IMG/VR virus record: IMGVR_UViG_3300007513_000004
Location: 62,001 to 126,000 of that record
DNA length: 64,000 nucleotides
Direction: 5' to 3' (one strand)
This document shows positions 63,927 through 64,000 of this stretch, piece after piece. Numbering within the stretch: position 1 is the first letter of the stretch; the number at the start of each line of letters is the position of its first letter. Made by a program: the position numbers and the translations under genes. A model generated the notes under the pieces. That model ran no database searches. It was not told the DNA's origin and worked only from the letters and a program-made list of their open reading frames with translations.

Positions 63927-64000
63927 AGCCTTATTTCATTATTGATTTCAAATTGTTTATCAATATTGAAATCTATCTCTGGAGAATTTTCAGTTGACTT

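Noticed and set aside
1-64000. Alternative genetic code (stop-codon reassignment, as in some huge phages)
   Set aside because: Long genes are intact under code 11, and TAA, TAG and TGA all terminate well-tiled genes.
1-64000. Cellular (bacterial/archaeal) chromosome or eukaryotic giant virus
   Set aside because: Housekeeping-like genes are isolated rather than in operons and are interspersed with tail fibres, lysozyme and ORFans. Shine-Dalgarno sites, lipoboxes and peptidoglycan hydrolases indicate a bacterial host. Not formally excluded without capsid or terminase genes.

Overview
This is a 64-kb, AT-rich, densely coding segment (standard genetic code, mostly minus strand) that reads as part of a very large tailed-phage (jumbo/huge phage) genome. 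It carries tail-fibre-like and virion genes, a GH24 lysozyme, an M15-like peptidase, topoisomerase IA, dUTPase and many host-like auxiliary genes (DnaJ, IscU, NfuA-like, cytochrome c, peptide deformylase, TlpA-like lipoproteins, vWA lipoproteins). The lipoproteins resemble those of Myxococcota/Deltaproteobacteria. No capsid, terminase, rRNA, tRNA or CRISPR array was seen, so the phage assignment is an inference. The main signal is a ~30-aa amphipathic helical tag, consensus roughly L-x-x-L-[AS]-x-x-L-[DK]-x-x-G-[LF]-x-x-E-A-x-x-[LV]-x-x-[IL]-[IL]-K-x-A. About 17 copies occur in about 15 otherwise unrelated ORFs: at N-termini, at C-termini, between enzymatic domains, and once as a tag-only micro-ORF. 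Internal and C-terminal copies are usually preceded by x-A-S, and N-terminal and internal copies usually end in K-x-A, like protease-excisable units. The tagged cargo is conflict or host-takeover-like (lysozyme+kinase, CCA enzyme+HAD phosphatase, 2H phosphoesterase, pyrophosphatase, PcfJ-like, and a GIY-YIG protein with a degenerate copy). Housekeeping genes, lipoproteins and tail fibres lack the tag. The working hypothesis is a modular virion-packaging/processing signal, with a packaged tRNA 3'-end repair kit among the cargo. A recurrent CTAWTWW motif, mostly ~28-35 nt upstream of starts, is a candidate phage late promoter. All family calls come from motif recognition by eye, not database searches.
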